This document shows positions 36,372 through 48,996 of a stretch of 64,000 nt of DNA, piece after piece (the first letter of the stretch is position 1; the number at the start of each line of letters is the position of its first letter). The notes under the pieces are model-generated. The model had not been told where the DNA came from. It made no database searches and saw nothing but the letters and a program-made list of their open reading frames with translations. Source of the DNA: Lingula anatina (lineage: Eukaryota > Animalia > Brachiopoda); NCBI GenBank assembly GCA_051362555.1, contig CM120640.1, positions 33,313,967-33,377,966 on the forward strand. Direction: 5' to 3'. The position numbers and the translations under genes were made by a program.

Positions 36372-36923
36372 TTTACCTCCGCCAAGGAGGTTATATGTTT
36401 TCACCCCTGTTTGTTTGTTTGTTTGTCTGTCATCAACATAACTCAAAAAGTTATGGACCGATTTTGATGAAATTTTCAAGATCTGTCAGAAGTGGGCCAA
36501 AGAGTAGATGAAAAGTTTTTGGTGGTGATCCGGATCAATAATCAATCAATAATAAAAATTTCGTTTGTTTGTTTGTTTGTCTGTCTGTCATCAACATAAC
36601 TACAAAAGTCATGGACCGATTATGATGAAATTTTCAGGAACTGTCAGATGTAGGCCAAGGAACAGATGATTAGTTTTTGGTGGTAATCCGGATCAATAAT
36701 CAATCAATAATCAATAATTTGTTTGTTTGTTTGTCTGTCATCAACAACACTCAAAAAGTTATGGACCGAGTTTGATGAAATTTTCAGGAACTGTCAGATG
36801 TCGGCCAAGGAACAGATGATTAGTTTTTGGTGGTAATCCGGATCAATAATCAATCAATAATCAATAGTAATAAAAAATTGCTGCCTTGGCGGAGGTCTGC
36901 GCTCTCGAAGTGCTTTTCTAGTT
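36372..36923 (+). mobile_element. Non-autonomous Helentron-associated element (HINE/DINE-1-like) with 3 internal ~150-bp repeats
   Basis: Subterminal inverted repeat acctccgccaagg / ccttggcggaggt, (tgtt)n microsatellite, tandem internal units, 3' end gcgctctc..gtgcttttctagtt. Inserted in a T-run; absent at the paralogous sites 48990 and 51815. Confidence 0.8.
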
Positions 36924-38882
36924 TTTCCAAGCATCAATATCTATTCCTCTGACCGCCTTCAGCGTACCTTTAAAAATACATTTAAGTATGTTTGGATCAG
37001 TGGCCATGATCATTCGCTTATGCCATTCTGCGTTTGGCAGACATTCCGAGACTACAGGGTGGTCAGCAGCAGTCAATACACTTAATTTCCATGTATTGTA
37101 TTCCTCGCGTGTGAGCGTTGTGGGGTCATTCTTTTCATAGAGTGCAAGCGAATTCTCCAAAGTCGACTTCACGTCCATATGCTCTTCAGTTTTGAAGTTT
37201 ACGTATGTGAGGATCCACACCACGATGCTTGGCTCTAGGGAATGTTTTGCCATATATTTCATCATCACTGTCAACAGGAACTCCCTCGTGTGTTGGGGCT
37301 GACATGCTGCGTTCATCCTCAAGTTCTCCATGTCACACACTGCCAGCTGAAGACACTCAGTCAGGTTATTTAGGGCGATGTGATACAGTCCTTGGTAATG
37401 GATCCATTCCCCTGTAGTTTCCGAAGCTCTATCTTCCGGTTGTTGCAGTCCATGTTCCTTTCGATCTTTTTCTTCGTTATTCTTGCTTTTTAAACCATCT
37501 GGTTGATTTACGTGGCCTTCCTTGATTTTACCAAGCCAAAGCCTGATCAGGCCCATATAATCGTCCGTTAAGGTGCCTAAGGTTGAAATCAGAATTTGCT
37601 GAAAAGTCGCCGTAGGTTGACGATTTTGTAGGGATTGAATGAAAAGAAGCATAGGGCTTCTTGCATTATAGAGGTCAATAAACTTGACTTTAATGCCCAA
37701 AGTGACTAGAACCTCAAACATATTATTTCTCGATTTTTTAACGGAATGGGCAAGTTGACGGAGATGTGCTTTGGGCACGCGAGCGAAAAGATTGCCCTCT
37801 GGCACAAAATAATGCGGTAAACAGCCCCGAACAAGACAACCCAACATTTCATCAAGAAATGTGACTAATATGTGATACATATTTGCTCCGGTCCAGTGAC
37901 TACTCGGAATTTTTTCACATAGCCAGAAAAATACATTTTTCAAATGATAGGAACTGAGAGCAGTGCTAGGGAATTCTTCAAGGACACAATGACGCTGAAT
38001 AAGCTTCAAAATCATGTAAACTTTCCTCTGCAACAAAGTTAACGAGTTCGCCAAAAGTCTTTCCTGGGCAGTGAACGAATAGCGCCATTCTAGACCCTGG
38101 ACTCCCCCCGGACCAACGGGAACTATGTAGCATCCAGCTGAAACACATTGATGGACCAAACCTTTATCTGGCCAGCCACTCTTTCGGTGTCTGTGTATCC
38201 AGGCTTCTGCTGGCCACAGGTTATGACGGAAGGCTAGGACACTGTCGCGACTCAATTCTGCCTGGTATGCAACTTCAGGAATGACAGTCACGGATGTAGC
38301 AGCTGGCCCATGTATGTCTGTCACATGTGTATCCCGAGATTGCGATTCCGGGGGCATAGCTTTTGCGGTGGAAGTCACGTTCTCCATTGCAGTGTCCGTC
38401 GCTGCCCGAGTTCGTAAATAGTCAGTCCTAGATAGAGTGTACCCTTCTTCCCTTGCAAGTCTGACAAATTCTTTCGTAAGACGAAGTCGTATGTAGAGCG
38501 GGTTACTTGTAGGCTCTGTATTAAATATTCTACTCTTGGAGACACCATCTTTGCTAACAAAGAGGTTGGCAACAACAGTCATTTCATCCATGTCAGACAC
38601 CTCGTAGGACGGTTTATAAGTCGAACCGTCTGCAGAACCTGCAGTTGAAACAACGATGTGCTCAGGGACCGAAAACCCATCCAAGCGACTTCCGGAACTT
38701 ACATGGGATTGGTTTTGTGGCAACGGTACGGAAAGATTTTGTAATCCTGCATCAACCATGGTGGTTGTTAATCGGTCGCGGACTCTGTGCTTCACATTTT
38801 CATTCTCTACCACTGGCATCGGTAGAAAATATTTCAAAATTAATTCATAAAGAGTTTTCGATTCTTTATCTTGTGCCATCAT
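36918..38882 (-). CDS. cGAS-like receptor (cGLR/Mab-21) paralog 2, 654 aa
   Basis: Same motifs as paralog 1: SSGSRLDG, SDMDEM, HGPA, SRDSV, SYHLKN, LPHYFVPEGNL. The ORF is intact. Confidence 0.9.
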   Translation of the reverse strand: MMAQDKESKTLYELILKYFLPMPVVENENVKHRVRDRLTTTMVDAGLQNLSVPLPQNQSHVSSGSRLDGFSVPEHIVVSTAGSADGSTYKPSYEVSDMDEMTVVANLFVSKDGVSKSRIFNTEPTSNPLYIRLRLTKEFVRLAREEGYTLSRTDYLRTRAATDTAMENVTSTAKAMPPESQSRDTHVTDIHGPAATSVTVIPEVAYQAELSRDSVLAFRHNLWPAEAWIHRHRKSGWPDKGLVHQCVSAGCYIVPVGPGGVQGLEWRYSFTAQERLLANSLTLLQRKVYMILKLIQRHCVLEEFPSTALSSYHLKNVFFWLCEKIPSSHWTGANMYHILVTFLDEMLGCLVRGCLPHYFVPEGNLFARVPKAHLRQLAHSVKKSRNNMFEVLVTLGIKVKFIDLYNARSPMLLFIQSLQNRQPTATFQQILISTLGTLTDDYMGLIRLWLGKIKEGHVNQPDGLKSKNNEEKDRKEHGLQQPEDRASETTGEWIHYQGLYHIALNNLTECLQLAVCDMENLRMNAACQPQHTREFLLTVMMKYMAKHSLEPSIVVWILTYVNFKTEEHMDVKSTLENSLALYEKNDPTTLTREEYNTWKLSVLTAADHPVVSECLPNAEWHKRMIMATDPNILKCIFKGTLKAVRGIDIDAWKN

Positions 38883-40209
38883 CTATAATTCTCTCCGCTT
38901 CTGTAAAAACACAATAAATAAAAAGTTAACATTTTAGAATGAGCAAAACGTGTTGCTTTACCTGTCTTAGATAATTTCAGTAGAATCAGAGTCGAATAAT
39001 AAAACCCCTTGAACTTAAAGCCGAAAATATGATATATTTTATAACATGTTTCAACATGCGCCATAATTAGATTTCATTTTCAAATAACCCCCTAGATTCG
39101 TACAAATAGTAATGCTAGTAAGCCTACACTGCATCCTCGCCGAGCTCATACAAAAAAAACTATTTCGATTTAACAGATTGAGATAATATTTTATCTAAAA
39201 TGAAATTTGACAAAAAATGCTTGAAAATTTGTATGACATTTTGTTACATATTGGTTAATCCAAGGACTGTATGATTCAACTCCTTGCTTAATCTATACTT
39301 TGGTACACCCATCTAAACTACTGTTATATCAAAACAATGTCACGAGAAACGTGCCAAACGCTGTTTTATAACACGAGGTATCGTGCTCGCTGATACTAAC
39401 ACATACACATACACAATAAAGATGAACATCTAACCTATATGCTAGATCTCATTACATATTTAGAAAATATAAAAATTCAGTAGAATAAACAGCCTATCAA
39501 GATGGTAACTTGCTAAATAGCCCTAGAGCAAGATCACTGCCACATATAGTACTTAGAACAAAAGTTAAATTTTATACTGTAACTAATGGTTGCCCATTCG
39601 AAATGACAGATGTACCTGTATTGTAGGCCTACTGGAGCTTAGCGTCATATAGTACATGTAGGGTCCACGACTCTGCAGAATGCTCACCCTTTTCTCCTTT
39701 TCAGGCCCAAAAAACACCTTAATATATAAAGTTGATGCTATGTGTACAGTATTGTTCACTGCAAATCTTGTCACATGCAAATCAGCAGCTATCATCACGG
39801 TTGAATCAACTAGGCTTAACACCCACACGTAAATGTTGCTGTCTCGATCGAGACGCAGCCTCGTTTTGGGAAGTAGGTCTTAACAGGCATTATGACAATA
39901 GTTGAAATAAAGCAGCGCCTACAATATTAAGCCTTTCATGTTATTATTTACCGGAGACATTATTGACCCATGTCGGAGAACATGACGATTGTGGTGCAAC
40001 TATATTTGTTTTCGACTATGAAAAAAAGCGGGACCAGGATTTGAAAATTGTTTATCTGTTTTTTTCTTGAATCTCCCTAAGGCCCGTCTGCATTCCTTCG
40101 ATAAATTAACTTAAAACATTCTGTAAAAAATGCATCAAATATTTGAAAGGATGTTGGCGCCAGCAACGCCCCTAGCCGACAATCTAGTGAACGTGTGATA
40201 ACTTGTGAA

Positions 40210-40396
40210 CGCATTCCCAGCGAATTAGATCGATCAAACTAGATCGACCTAACTCCCTGGGGGGTTCACGCTAAATTGCTGTCAGCCGAGTGCGCACCAC
40301 AGTTTATTACCCCTTACAGATTTTAGTAAGCAGGACAGACACATACGCCGGCTAAGCTGACAGTAATCTAGTAAGACTCCCCACGGGGATAGATCA
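40210..40396 (+). mobile_element. Harbinger-like MITE family copy (related copies ~41490-41610, 48747-48961, and inverted ~20130-20260)
   Basis: Shared core agatcgacctaactccctgggggttcacgctaaattgctgtcagccga..ttaccccttacag. Confidence 0.65.
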
Positions 40397-40429
40397 TTTA
40401 AATTAAAAGAAAAAAAAACTAATCTGGTT

Positions 40430-40531
40430 TGAAATCTTTTTACAGGTGATAGAAGATAGTGAGCGACTCTAACCAGGCATTGACTTCATATTTTTATAGA
40501 AGTTAAGGTTAGTAAACTTTTAACTTTGTGT

Positions 40532-40562
<31 letters not shown>

Positions 40563-41095
40563 GGGTGAAGGTAAATTGAAAAGGAACTAATCTCATTCTT
40601 ATTTATTTTCACAGAACATAGAAGATGATGAGCAACTCTACCCAGACATTGACTTCATATGTTGATAGAAGAGTACTCAATGTTCGATCTCAGGCACTCA
40701 TCATCTTCTTTGTCCTGTAAAAAGAAATAAGAATGAAACTATAGATGTTTTTCAAATTACCTACACACCCCCTCCCCCCCCCCCCAAATATAGGTCAGTC
40801 CCCCTCCCCTCCCCCTCCCCCCTCCCCCCCCCCCAAAAAAAAGAAAGTTTACTAACCTGAACTCTATCCAGACATTGACTAGAAGTTCAGGTTAGTAAAC
40901 TTTCTTTCTTTTCTTTTTTTTTTTTTTTTTTTGGGGGGGGGGGGGGGGGGGTAGGCGGGAGGAGGGTAGGTGGACTGAAATAAATCTAATGTCATTCTCA
41001 CAACTTTTTACAGAACATAGAAGATAATGAGCAACTCTACCCAGACATTGACTTCATACGTCGATAGAAATTCAGGTTAGTAAACTTTACTTTGT
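40430..41095. repeat. Cluster of direct and inverted copies of a ~60-bp unit separated by G/C runs
   Basis: acagaacatagaagat..gagcaactctacccagacattgacttcata at ~40442, 40611 and 41010, with inverted partial copies ~40690-40860. Confidence 0.65.
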
Positions 41096-41923
41096 TGCTG
41101 ACACTCAACAAAAATGCTCTTATTTTAAGAAATTATAACTTTAAAAAAATACAGTATCTGTAAAATTCAGGATTAAAAATATCAAGTAATTTTCTTATTC
41201 ACAAACTGAAATTGTTTTAATCAAAAGAGACATAGAAAAATTAAAAACATATTCATCAATTTAGTAATATATTTAAAAATTGAATTGAAAGAATGGTTAG
41301 AATATGTATTCAATTTCAAAGTCACATCATTTAACATTCTTGGATACAATTTTGCTGTAGGTTGTATCAGAGATTGGCAAGTATCTATACATTTATCTTT
41401 TTACATTTATTTTTTTTTACTTCCATAATAATAATTTGGTTTTATTTACCAGGGTCATTAAAAGCTACAGCAAACCTTAAAGAGATCCAACAAGATCGAC
41501 CTAACTCCCAGGGGGGTCACGGTAAATTGCTGTCAGCCGACCGCGCACTGAAGTTAATTACCCCCTTACAGCTTTTAGCAGATCGATCTAAAATCTGCGG
41601 GAATGGGGTCTAATATAGTCTTTAACAGATATAAACGTATATAAACAAACATAACGGACCTACGTTCCTCGGTTAATACGACATTATTGTAAAATGATTA
41701 TAAAAACTTAGTTGATAACGTATTCATATATATAAAGTATGGACATTTTTTGCTGTCAAAATGAGAACATAGCTGTACTTGTATGTGTAGTAATTAAAGT
41801 GGAGATTTAGATCAATACATTTATTTTTGACAAAATTCGGCATTTATTTATGTCAAAAAAAAAAAAACTACACTATATTTTATTTATTTGTAAAATTTAC
41901 AGGCTACGGATATTGCAATTGTC

Positions 41924-44666
41924 TTAAATTTGAAGTTCAACAGATTTTGGTCCCGGCACCATTTCTTCTAATTCTGTTTTATTTGCTTGCTTCTTTTCTT
42001 CTGTTAATGTTTTTCGCATTTTCCAACACTTGAAAATTTTATAAAGGACTGTTATCGCCGATGGCTCAACTATCATGGTGACGCTTACCAAAACAGGTAT
42101 TGAAATGATAAACGCTCCTCTATCCGGAGAAAATGATATGGCAATCAGAGTGAGGGCTATTGCCACGTTCTGACACCCTGTCTCAAACGCAATGGTTCGG
42201 CAACATTTGGCAGTCTGGCAAGCGGCGGCTGAAAACGCATAGCCCAGGATAAATCCTACAATTGGCAAAAGCAGAGCGGCTATCCAGATCTTCCATCCTG
42301 ACGTGAATATTCGTGAGTAAAGGATGATTTGGCAAACAATGACAATAAGTATGCCAACCAAGCCACATGCACTGGCTACCTGAAAGAAAAAAACCAGTGA
42401 AGTTGATTTTTTGAAAACAGCGCACAAACAGAAGAAGGAAACCTTTGCCGATTTCACTATTAAAAAAGGGGAAGTATATGGGTTAAAAGTAATGTAAGAT
42501 TCTGACAGTGCTTCAATACTTTAATGCCAATGTCAATTTCATTTCCATTCAAAACACATATCCAAACGCATTCTATCTGCCTACATTTGGCACCGATAAT
42601 CAAACTGTTGTATTTATTTGTTTCTCCGAATACAAACAAGGATAAAATTAAAACAGATGCTACCACCATTGCTTGATACGTCTGCCCAGTTACAAATGAA
42701 AATTTTGAGTCTACAGTCTCTAAAAGTTATAAACCGCTACCGGCAACTCAAAAACTCTATCTTCCTCTCTCTTTTAGTATTTCTGATATTCCCCGCTGAA
42801 GTTAAACCGTGCATGACCCACCCTGCTCACAAGTGACATATTCTCCACTCTTGATGTGGTTGCAGGAGGACATATGCGCCAGGACAAAAATTTGAAGACA
42901 TTCGATCCATACAGCTTTTCGGTAACCAGAGCCGGGTGAGCACCAAATGCCCGTATTAACCCGGTTTGAGGGGAAAAGATGTCCGCCGTAATGCATGTCC
43001 AACAGGAATCAATGCCCGTAGAACGTTAGCTCTACTTTTTCTGCCTCCGCCCAGGAGGTTATCACCCCTATTTGTTTGTCTGTCTGTTTGTCATAAACAT
43101 AACTCAAAAAGTTATGGGTGAATTTCGATGAAATTATCAGGGTAGGTCAGAAATGGGTTATCTTAGGAGTGACTAGTTTTTGGTGGTGATCTGGATCAAT
43201 AATCAATCAATAATCAATAATCAGAAATCAAAACACTAAGTTATGGACCGATTTGGTGAAATTTTCAGGAACTGTAAGAAGTGTGCCAAGGAACAGATGA
43301 TTAGATTTTGGTGGTGATCCGGATCAACAATCAATCAACATTTAAAAATAAAAAACTAAATCATTATAGAATGAAAATTTAGGGTGAAACGGCATTGGAT
43401 GGAGACTTTGCCGCCTTGGCGGAGGTCTGCGCTCTCTGAGTGCTTTTCTAGTTATATTTACTACATACTACTAGGTGTTTTAGAAGACGTCAAAAACATT
43501 ATATGAAAAAAAAAGAAAAGTGGTAAGGAAGATTACCCTAGGTAGTTAACTGAAGTTCTGTATTAATCACTTCCATCTAGTGCCAGAACAATGTCAACCT
43601 TTCTGTAATATCATACCCCCCCTTACTAGTCACTAACTTGCCATTACCTGAACAAGCCTTTTGGCAATTTTCGGAAGTTTCCACTTGATAAGCACGCCGA
43701 TTTCAGCTGGTACGAGAACCGTAAGGAGAGTGATGAAAATTTTCAGATACGGTACAACTACGTCGTCGTCTGTCCAACTTCGACTGTATATAAACAGGTT
43801 CAAGGGCATCATGCCAAAGGCGAAGACGGTGGAACAGGCTGTCATAAAAACACTGGAAAAAACAGTAGTTTTGTTAAGTCAATTACATGTATAAGTGTTG
43901 TATAAAATAGTGATAAATAAAGCACTAGCCTGTAGAATAAATCACATTTTTATGAAGAAAAAATGTATGGAGCATATTTAAAAAATGTTGCTCTTTAAGC
44001 TTTAAGGCATTTTATATTGACCTAAAGGTGCATTAAAATGTCAACCCATGGCCTTCATTTACCTAGCTTCAGTCGGGGATATTTGACATTCATGTTTTAA
44101 CGACCTGTGCATATACCTGTCTATCACGAACACTCATGTGTAAGCGCTACTAATAAGGTTTTACATTATATAAAATATATTGTAATATCGTGTGACTTTA
44201 CGTGCTAGCCTCTGTCGTAATTATAGGCCTAGATTAACTTCTGTTGGCAAAGAGACGAGGTTTCAGTTCCCTAATGGTGATCATCTGTACTGTTCTTTTT
44301 TCTTTACCTGAGAGGAACATTCCCATCATTCCAATAAGTAAAAATGTTGGACACCGTTCCACCGGGACAGCAACCAAGGATTAACAACCCTAACGCACGG
44401 TCCGCAGAGAGTTGTAGGGCGTGTGCCAGGCTGAAGGACAGGAGAGGCATCACGATAAACTGACAGGCAGCGCCAATAACTGGACCGATCGGACGCTTGA
44501 TGTGCACCTTCAGTGCCTTCCACTCAATATCGCACCCCATCCCTAACATAATGAGCACCAAGATAATCGGCAAAAGCCACTGGATGGCTTGTTTTAAATT
44601 CTCCTTGACTGGATCATGCACGACTTCTGTAAAATTGCCGTAAGTTCCATTTTCATCTAGATCCAT
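41924..44666 (-). CDS. SLC10 family paralog B, 3 exons, ~339 aa
   Basis: Exons 44308-44666, 43648-43852, 41924-42379 splice in frame, with the same intron positions as paralog A. Motifs MLGMGC, QFIVMPL, CPGGTVSNIFTYW, GMMPLNLFIY, TIAFETGCQN. Confidence 0.92.
43040..43453 (+). mobile_element. Second HINE/Helentron-like copy, in SLC10-B intron 2
   Basis: Same termini as the 36372 element (gcctccgcccaggagg ... ccttggcggaggtctgcgctctctgagtgcttttctagtt), with two internal units. Confidence 0.8.
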
Positions 44667-45908
44667 GGTGTCTTAAGCTTGTGAAATAGCACAGACTTCA
44701 ACAAGTCTGCTTTGCAGGAAGTGACCATACTAATCTACTAATGCAAACTCAAGACGTGATAAATTTTCAGGTCAAATCCAAAACAAGTCGTGCTGTGAAG
44801 TTTAAATGCTCTACTATGGGTTCCATCCATTAGGCCCACACAGGCGTATTCGTTTAAAGTAGACTCAGTGCATGGTCTGTGTTTCTTTTATTTTTTAGAT
44901 TCATTGTGTTTCATATTTAAGTTTAATGTTTTAGGGATGTCTTTTATAGGCCACCTGTTTGATCTGAGACCCATTTCGGTAACTTCGCCGCTTCACATCT
45001 TGGCGTCAACTAAAGCTGCATCTAAACTGCCCAAAAATTTTCTCTATTACAACTATTTTATTACTCAAATTTATCATTTGGAGTAAATACATGTTTGTTA
45101 TTCTAAGTAAGGCTCATCAAAATTAAAAACGAAAGTCATTTAAGAATTATGTAGATAAGATTCAGCACTTGCTTTAACCATTTAAAAACGTTTTAAGAAT
45201 ACTAAAAATCCTTATGTGGACTATCAAAGGTGGGTTTCATTTCTTGCGGATGGGGTAGAGGGATATAGCTTTACCAATTTTGTCCCAGGGAAAAATAGCA
45301 AAGATGTATGAAAAGCATACCATTCTAATATAAAAGTTAAGTGAAAGCGATGCTGTATCCAGGGGTATCAACACTGAAATCTTTTAAACAACAACTGGTA
45401 AATAAGCTGTAAAGAGGAATGTTTGGTTTGTAATGTTTGGTTGCGAAAACACTAACTGCATGTAGATTGTAATAAATTACATCTTATGCTAATACAAATT
45501 TACTAAATTAAATAGTACATAATTCCGGTATGATCTCAACAAATATAACACAATCTCTCTCGAGCATATCGTTTCCTTACTACCTATATACTGTTAATTG
45601 AAATGCTTAAGTTGTTTGCATATTTATAAATAAAGAACCCGGCCCATTCCTTCTGCATTCTATATAAGTACATGAGAAAGTGTACTTATACAAATGTAAA
45701 TCTACATTAACTTCTATATTACTAATTTCATTCATTTTTTAACTTATGGCCCCTCAATTTGAACTGACCAAAACATTTTACAGAACTTGCAGATATTCTT
45801 TTATATTATTTAGTTATTGGTAACTGGTGTTGCAATTACCATTAATTTTGAATTTAATTATTGATATTGCTTTAGGCTCTGATTATTCTATCTCTATTCT
45901 ATTTGCCT

Positions 45909-46075
45909 TTCGTATTTTCCAACGCAAAAATGAAAATTTTATAAATAACTGTTATCACAGATGGGTTAACCGCCATTGTGACGATAGACAGAACAGGAAT
46001 TGAAATAATATACGCTCCTCTATCGCAATCAGAGTGAGGTCTATTGCCACGTTCTGACTCCCTGTCTCAAACGCA
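45909..46075 (-). pseudogene. Fragment of a third SLC10 paralog (last exon)
   Basis: Aligns by eye to SLC10-B 42010-42191 with substitutions and a ~16-bp deletion; truncated at 46075. Confidence 0.8.
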
Positions 46076-47335
46076 TGTCAGAAAATTAGGCCAGCTACAA
46101 TGGTAACTTCTTTAAGTGGGGGTACAGTGCTTATCATCATGTGAGTAGACAGAGCAATTCATTTAATTATTAACTATCAGCCAAACCAATATATACAAAA
46201 GCTTGTACTTTATTTGAGGGCATTATATATAACTTAGGTTAGTCAGTAAACAGATTGTAGTGTCATCCACAATTTAGAGGACACTGGAAACTCGCAGTGT
46301 TACGTCACACACCAAATAAAAGTAAATGTAAATAATCACGTATTAACTACTCTTTTCTATTTTTTTTCAGATTTTTTGCCTCATTGTTTGTTTACTTTCT
46401 GTTCGGCAGTCTAGCGAACGTGTGTGTGTTTGAGCAGCGAGGAGTTCATATAATTCCCAACTACGATTTCTGGGTCATGTTACCCACGTATATTGTCGTA
46501 AGTCACCTTTCTGGTGTCACTTTTGAAGCACAAAGTAAAAAAAAATGTTGCTTTGGATACAAATACATCTTTAATTTTGTGCCTTCATTTGAAAATATTT
46601 CTACCTGTACTGATAGATTCTGATCGCCCCGATTCATTATTTTAAGCCCTGTGCTTGGTCTATATTATTATTTTTTCAATTTGTCTTTTCAAAACTAATT
46701 AATTAAAATCATATAGACATGGTATATTATAGCCAAGTGATGAATAGAAATCATCAGTTTCATTTTATTTTGATATCTCAGCTGTTTCATTGATATCAGA
46801 ATGTATAAATCCTCAGTGCCTTTAAAGCGATAAATTTCGAAGTTGGAGATCAGGCACAGGCCGCAAAGTGGGTCTGCCTTTCGTTCAGTCAAAACTTGGA
46901 CCCGCCAAAATACTTGAAAATAATCTGTGAAATTCTCTTTATTGCATCTCTTAACTTAAATTCTTTAAAAGGTTAAACATTGAAGTTTTTTTGCAAAATT
47001 AAAAGAACCTCATCAAAATCAAGTACCTGATGATACAAATGTATAAAACAGCGGAATAATAGGCCGTAACGCCTTTGGTTTGGTTCAGTGATTTGAAAGT
47101 CAAAAGGATGAGAACTGGACTTGAAGGTTGCAGTTCTGTAAAATAGTCAATATCAACTACGGGAACACTCGGCTTCAATTAAAATGAATTTTAAAAAGAT
47201 TTTGAAAATAATTTATTGTGTTAAAAATATATAAACTGCGAATTTCTATTGTGTCCTAGGATGGGTTTACATTTACATTCAGTTGCATGTGTTGTAGGGA
47301 GACGAATCCGTCCAATTTACGAGGATATCGAATGA
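46073..47335 (+). pseudogene. Partial duplicate of the M6PR-like gene (3' part of exon 4, exons 5-6)
   Basis: Close copy of 25486-26796 including introns. Lacks the 5' exons and has a 1-nt insertion in the last exon. Confidence 0.85.
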
Positions 47336-48325
47336 AACGATAAAAAGCGTGGATATTCAAGCATTCATCTTGTTTGGTATTTATTGTGATAAGACAGTAT
47401 AATTATTCAAGTCTTGGTTTTATGGAAGAGAAGTTTTGGAAAAATCACATTATGATACTCTTCCTGACATAAGTATTGTAAGGGCTTTTAGTGCAGTGAA
47501 TGAGACATAAGTATTGTTAGGGCTTTTAGTGCAGTGAATGATTTCCTGTTCAAGTAGAGTAATATTTAACTAGTAGTCTTTACTATTCTATATAGCGTAC
47601 ACAAGACAAAGGCAAATACTTATTTGCCGACTAGCCCGGCCGATAGGAGAAGGGAGTCGGTTTTATTTCTTTCAATTGGAATTCAGTAGCAAATAATACA
47701 ATACATTGAGTGTAATATCAATTTGTGCTGTTTTGTGTTATAGAAAAGAAAAGAAAAATAAATGTTGAATTTACCCATTAAGTATCAAACTCAAATATGG
47801 CACATTGAATGTACTTAATCTTCTACCGATAACTTAACTTTGGACTCCGTTATCATTACTATTATCATACAATACTGAATAAATTGTACGCAATCTCCTT
47901 AAGAATAACATGCGTTCATAAAGGCCTACGTGAGGGCCATTCGTCAGTAGATAAGACACTTCAAACTAAAGATACACTTTACTCACAATACAATAAACCA
48001 ATCGTTTAACCCAGTCACGCTTCTGCCAGATAATGGTGATATATGAAAAATAACAGATATGGAACACCATGTCACATGTGCATACATACATGGACTTATA
48101 ACTAATTTTTGTGACCATTTGTTAAATTATCAAAATAGCTTTTCATCCTATCCACAAAAAACGATGTTCATTAATTATCAATTTTAGCACAAATGTCAAT
48201 TTAAAACAATTAAACTTATACAATTACTACAACTTTTGTTACTTATACATACAAAAGCAATTGTTTGAACCCCAAGTCGGTCTCTGTTAAATATGACTGC
48301 TGACCATGTAACTACAGTATATTCA

Positions 48326-48428
48326 GTCTAAATATCAATATCTATTCCTCTGAAAGCTTTCAGCACACTTTTTAAGATCCAATTAAGAAGATTTGAATCA
48401 GTGCCCATGATCATTCGCGTTTGGCAGA
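48326..48428 (-). pseudogene. 3'-terminal remnant of a cGLR-1-type gene
   Basis: Matches 31830-31948 together with the cGLR-1 3' flank (47920-48325 vs 31430-31830). Confidence 0.8.
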
Positions 48429-48746
48429 ATGTAACGCTTGTCTACGTGCTGCGCGCGATAACACTTTTGCCTGATAATGCTGGTGATTTTATGGCACACC
48501 ATTTCACACACACACACACACACACACGTGCACACACACACACACACACACACACGTGCATGCACTCACACACACTGCATCAATCTTCATAAGCATATGA
48601 ATAAAATCAGAATGTTACTAATAGCTTTTCACCCTACAAATTATTGAATAAAGTTAATGGACTTGTATTTTTGATGACAATTTAAAACAATTTAATGTAA
48701 CTGATTCAACATACAACTTTCGTTGTTTCAATCCAAGCCGCTCTTT

Positions 48747-48961
48747 GACCCCATTTCCAGAGATTAGATCGATCTACTTTAGATCGACCTAACTCCCTGG
48801 GGGTTCACGCTAAATAGCTGTCAGCCGAGCGGACACGAAAGTTAATTACCCCCTTACAGCTTGTAGTAGGCGGGACGGACATTTAAGCCGGATTATCTGA
48901 CAGTAATCTAGTGAGACTCCCCGCGGGGATAGATCGATCTAAAAGCTTTGGGAATACAGCC
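48747..48961 (+). mobile_element. Harbinger-like MITE with TTT target duplication
   Basis: TTT at 48744-46 and 48962-64. Empty sites at the paralogous positions ~36335 and ~51783. Confidence 0.75.
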
Positions 48962-48996
48962 TTTGTCATACATGAGTGTTAGCCATCTATATTTTT

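Noticed and set aside
39072-39081. ISRE/IRF-like GAAAATGAAA in the cGLR-2 intron (also 58831-58840)
   Set aside because: A short AT-rich motif expected by chance, degenerate in cGLR-1, and the two hits are non-independent duplicates.
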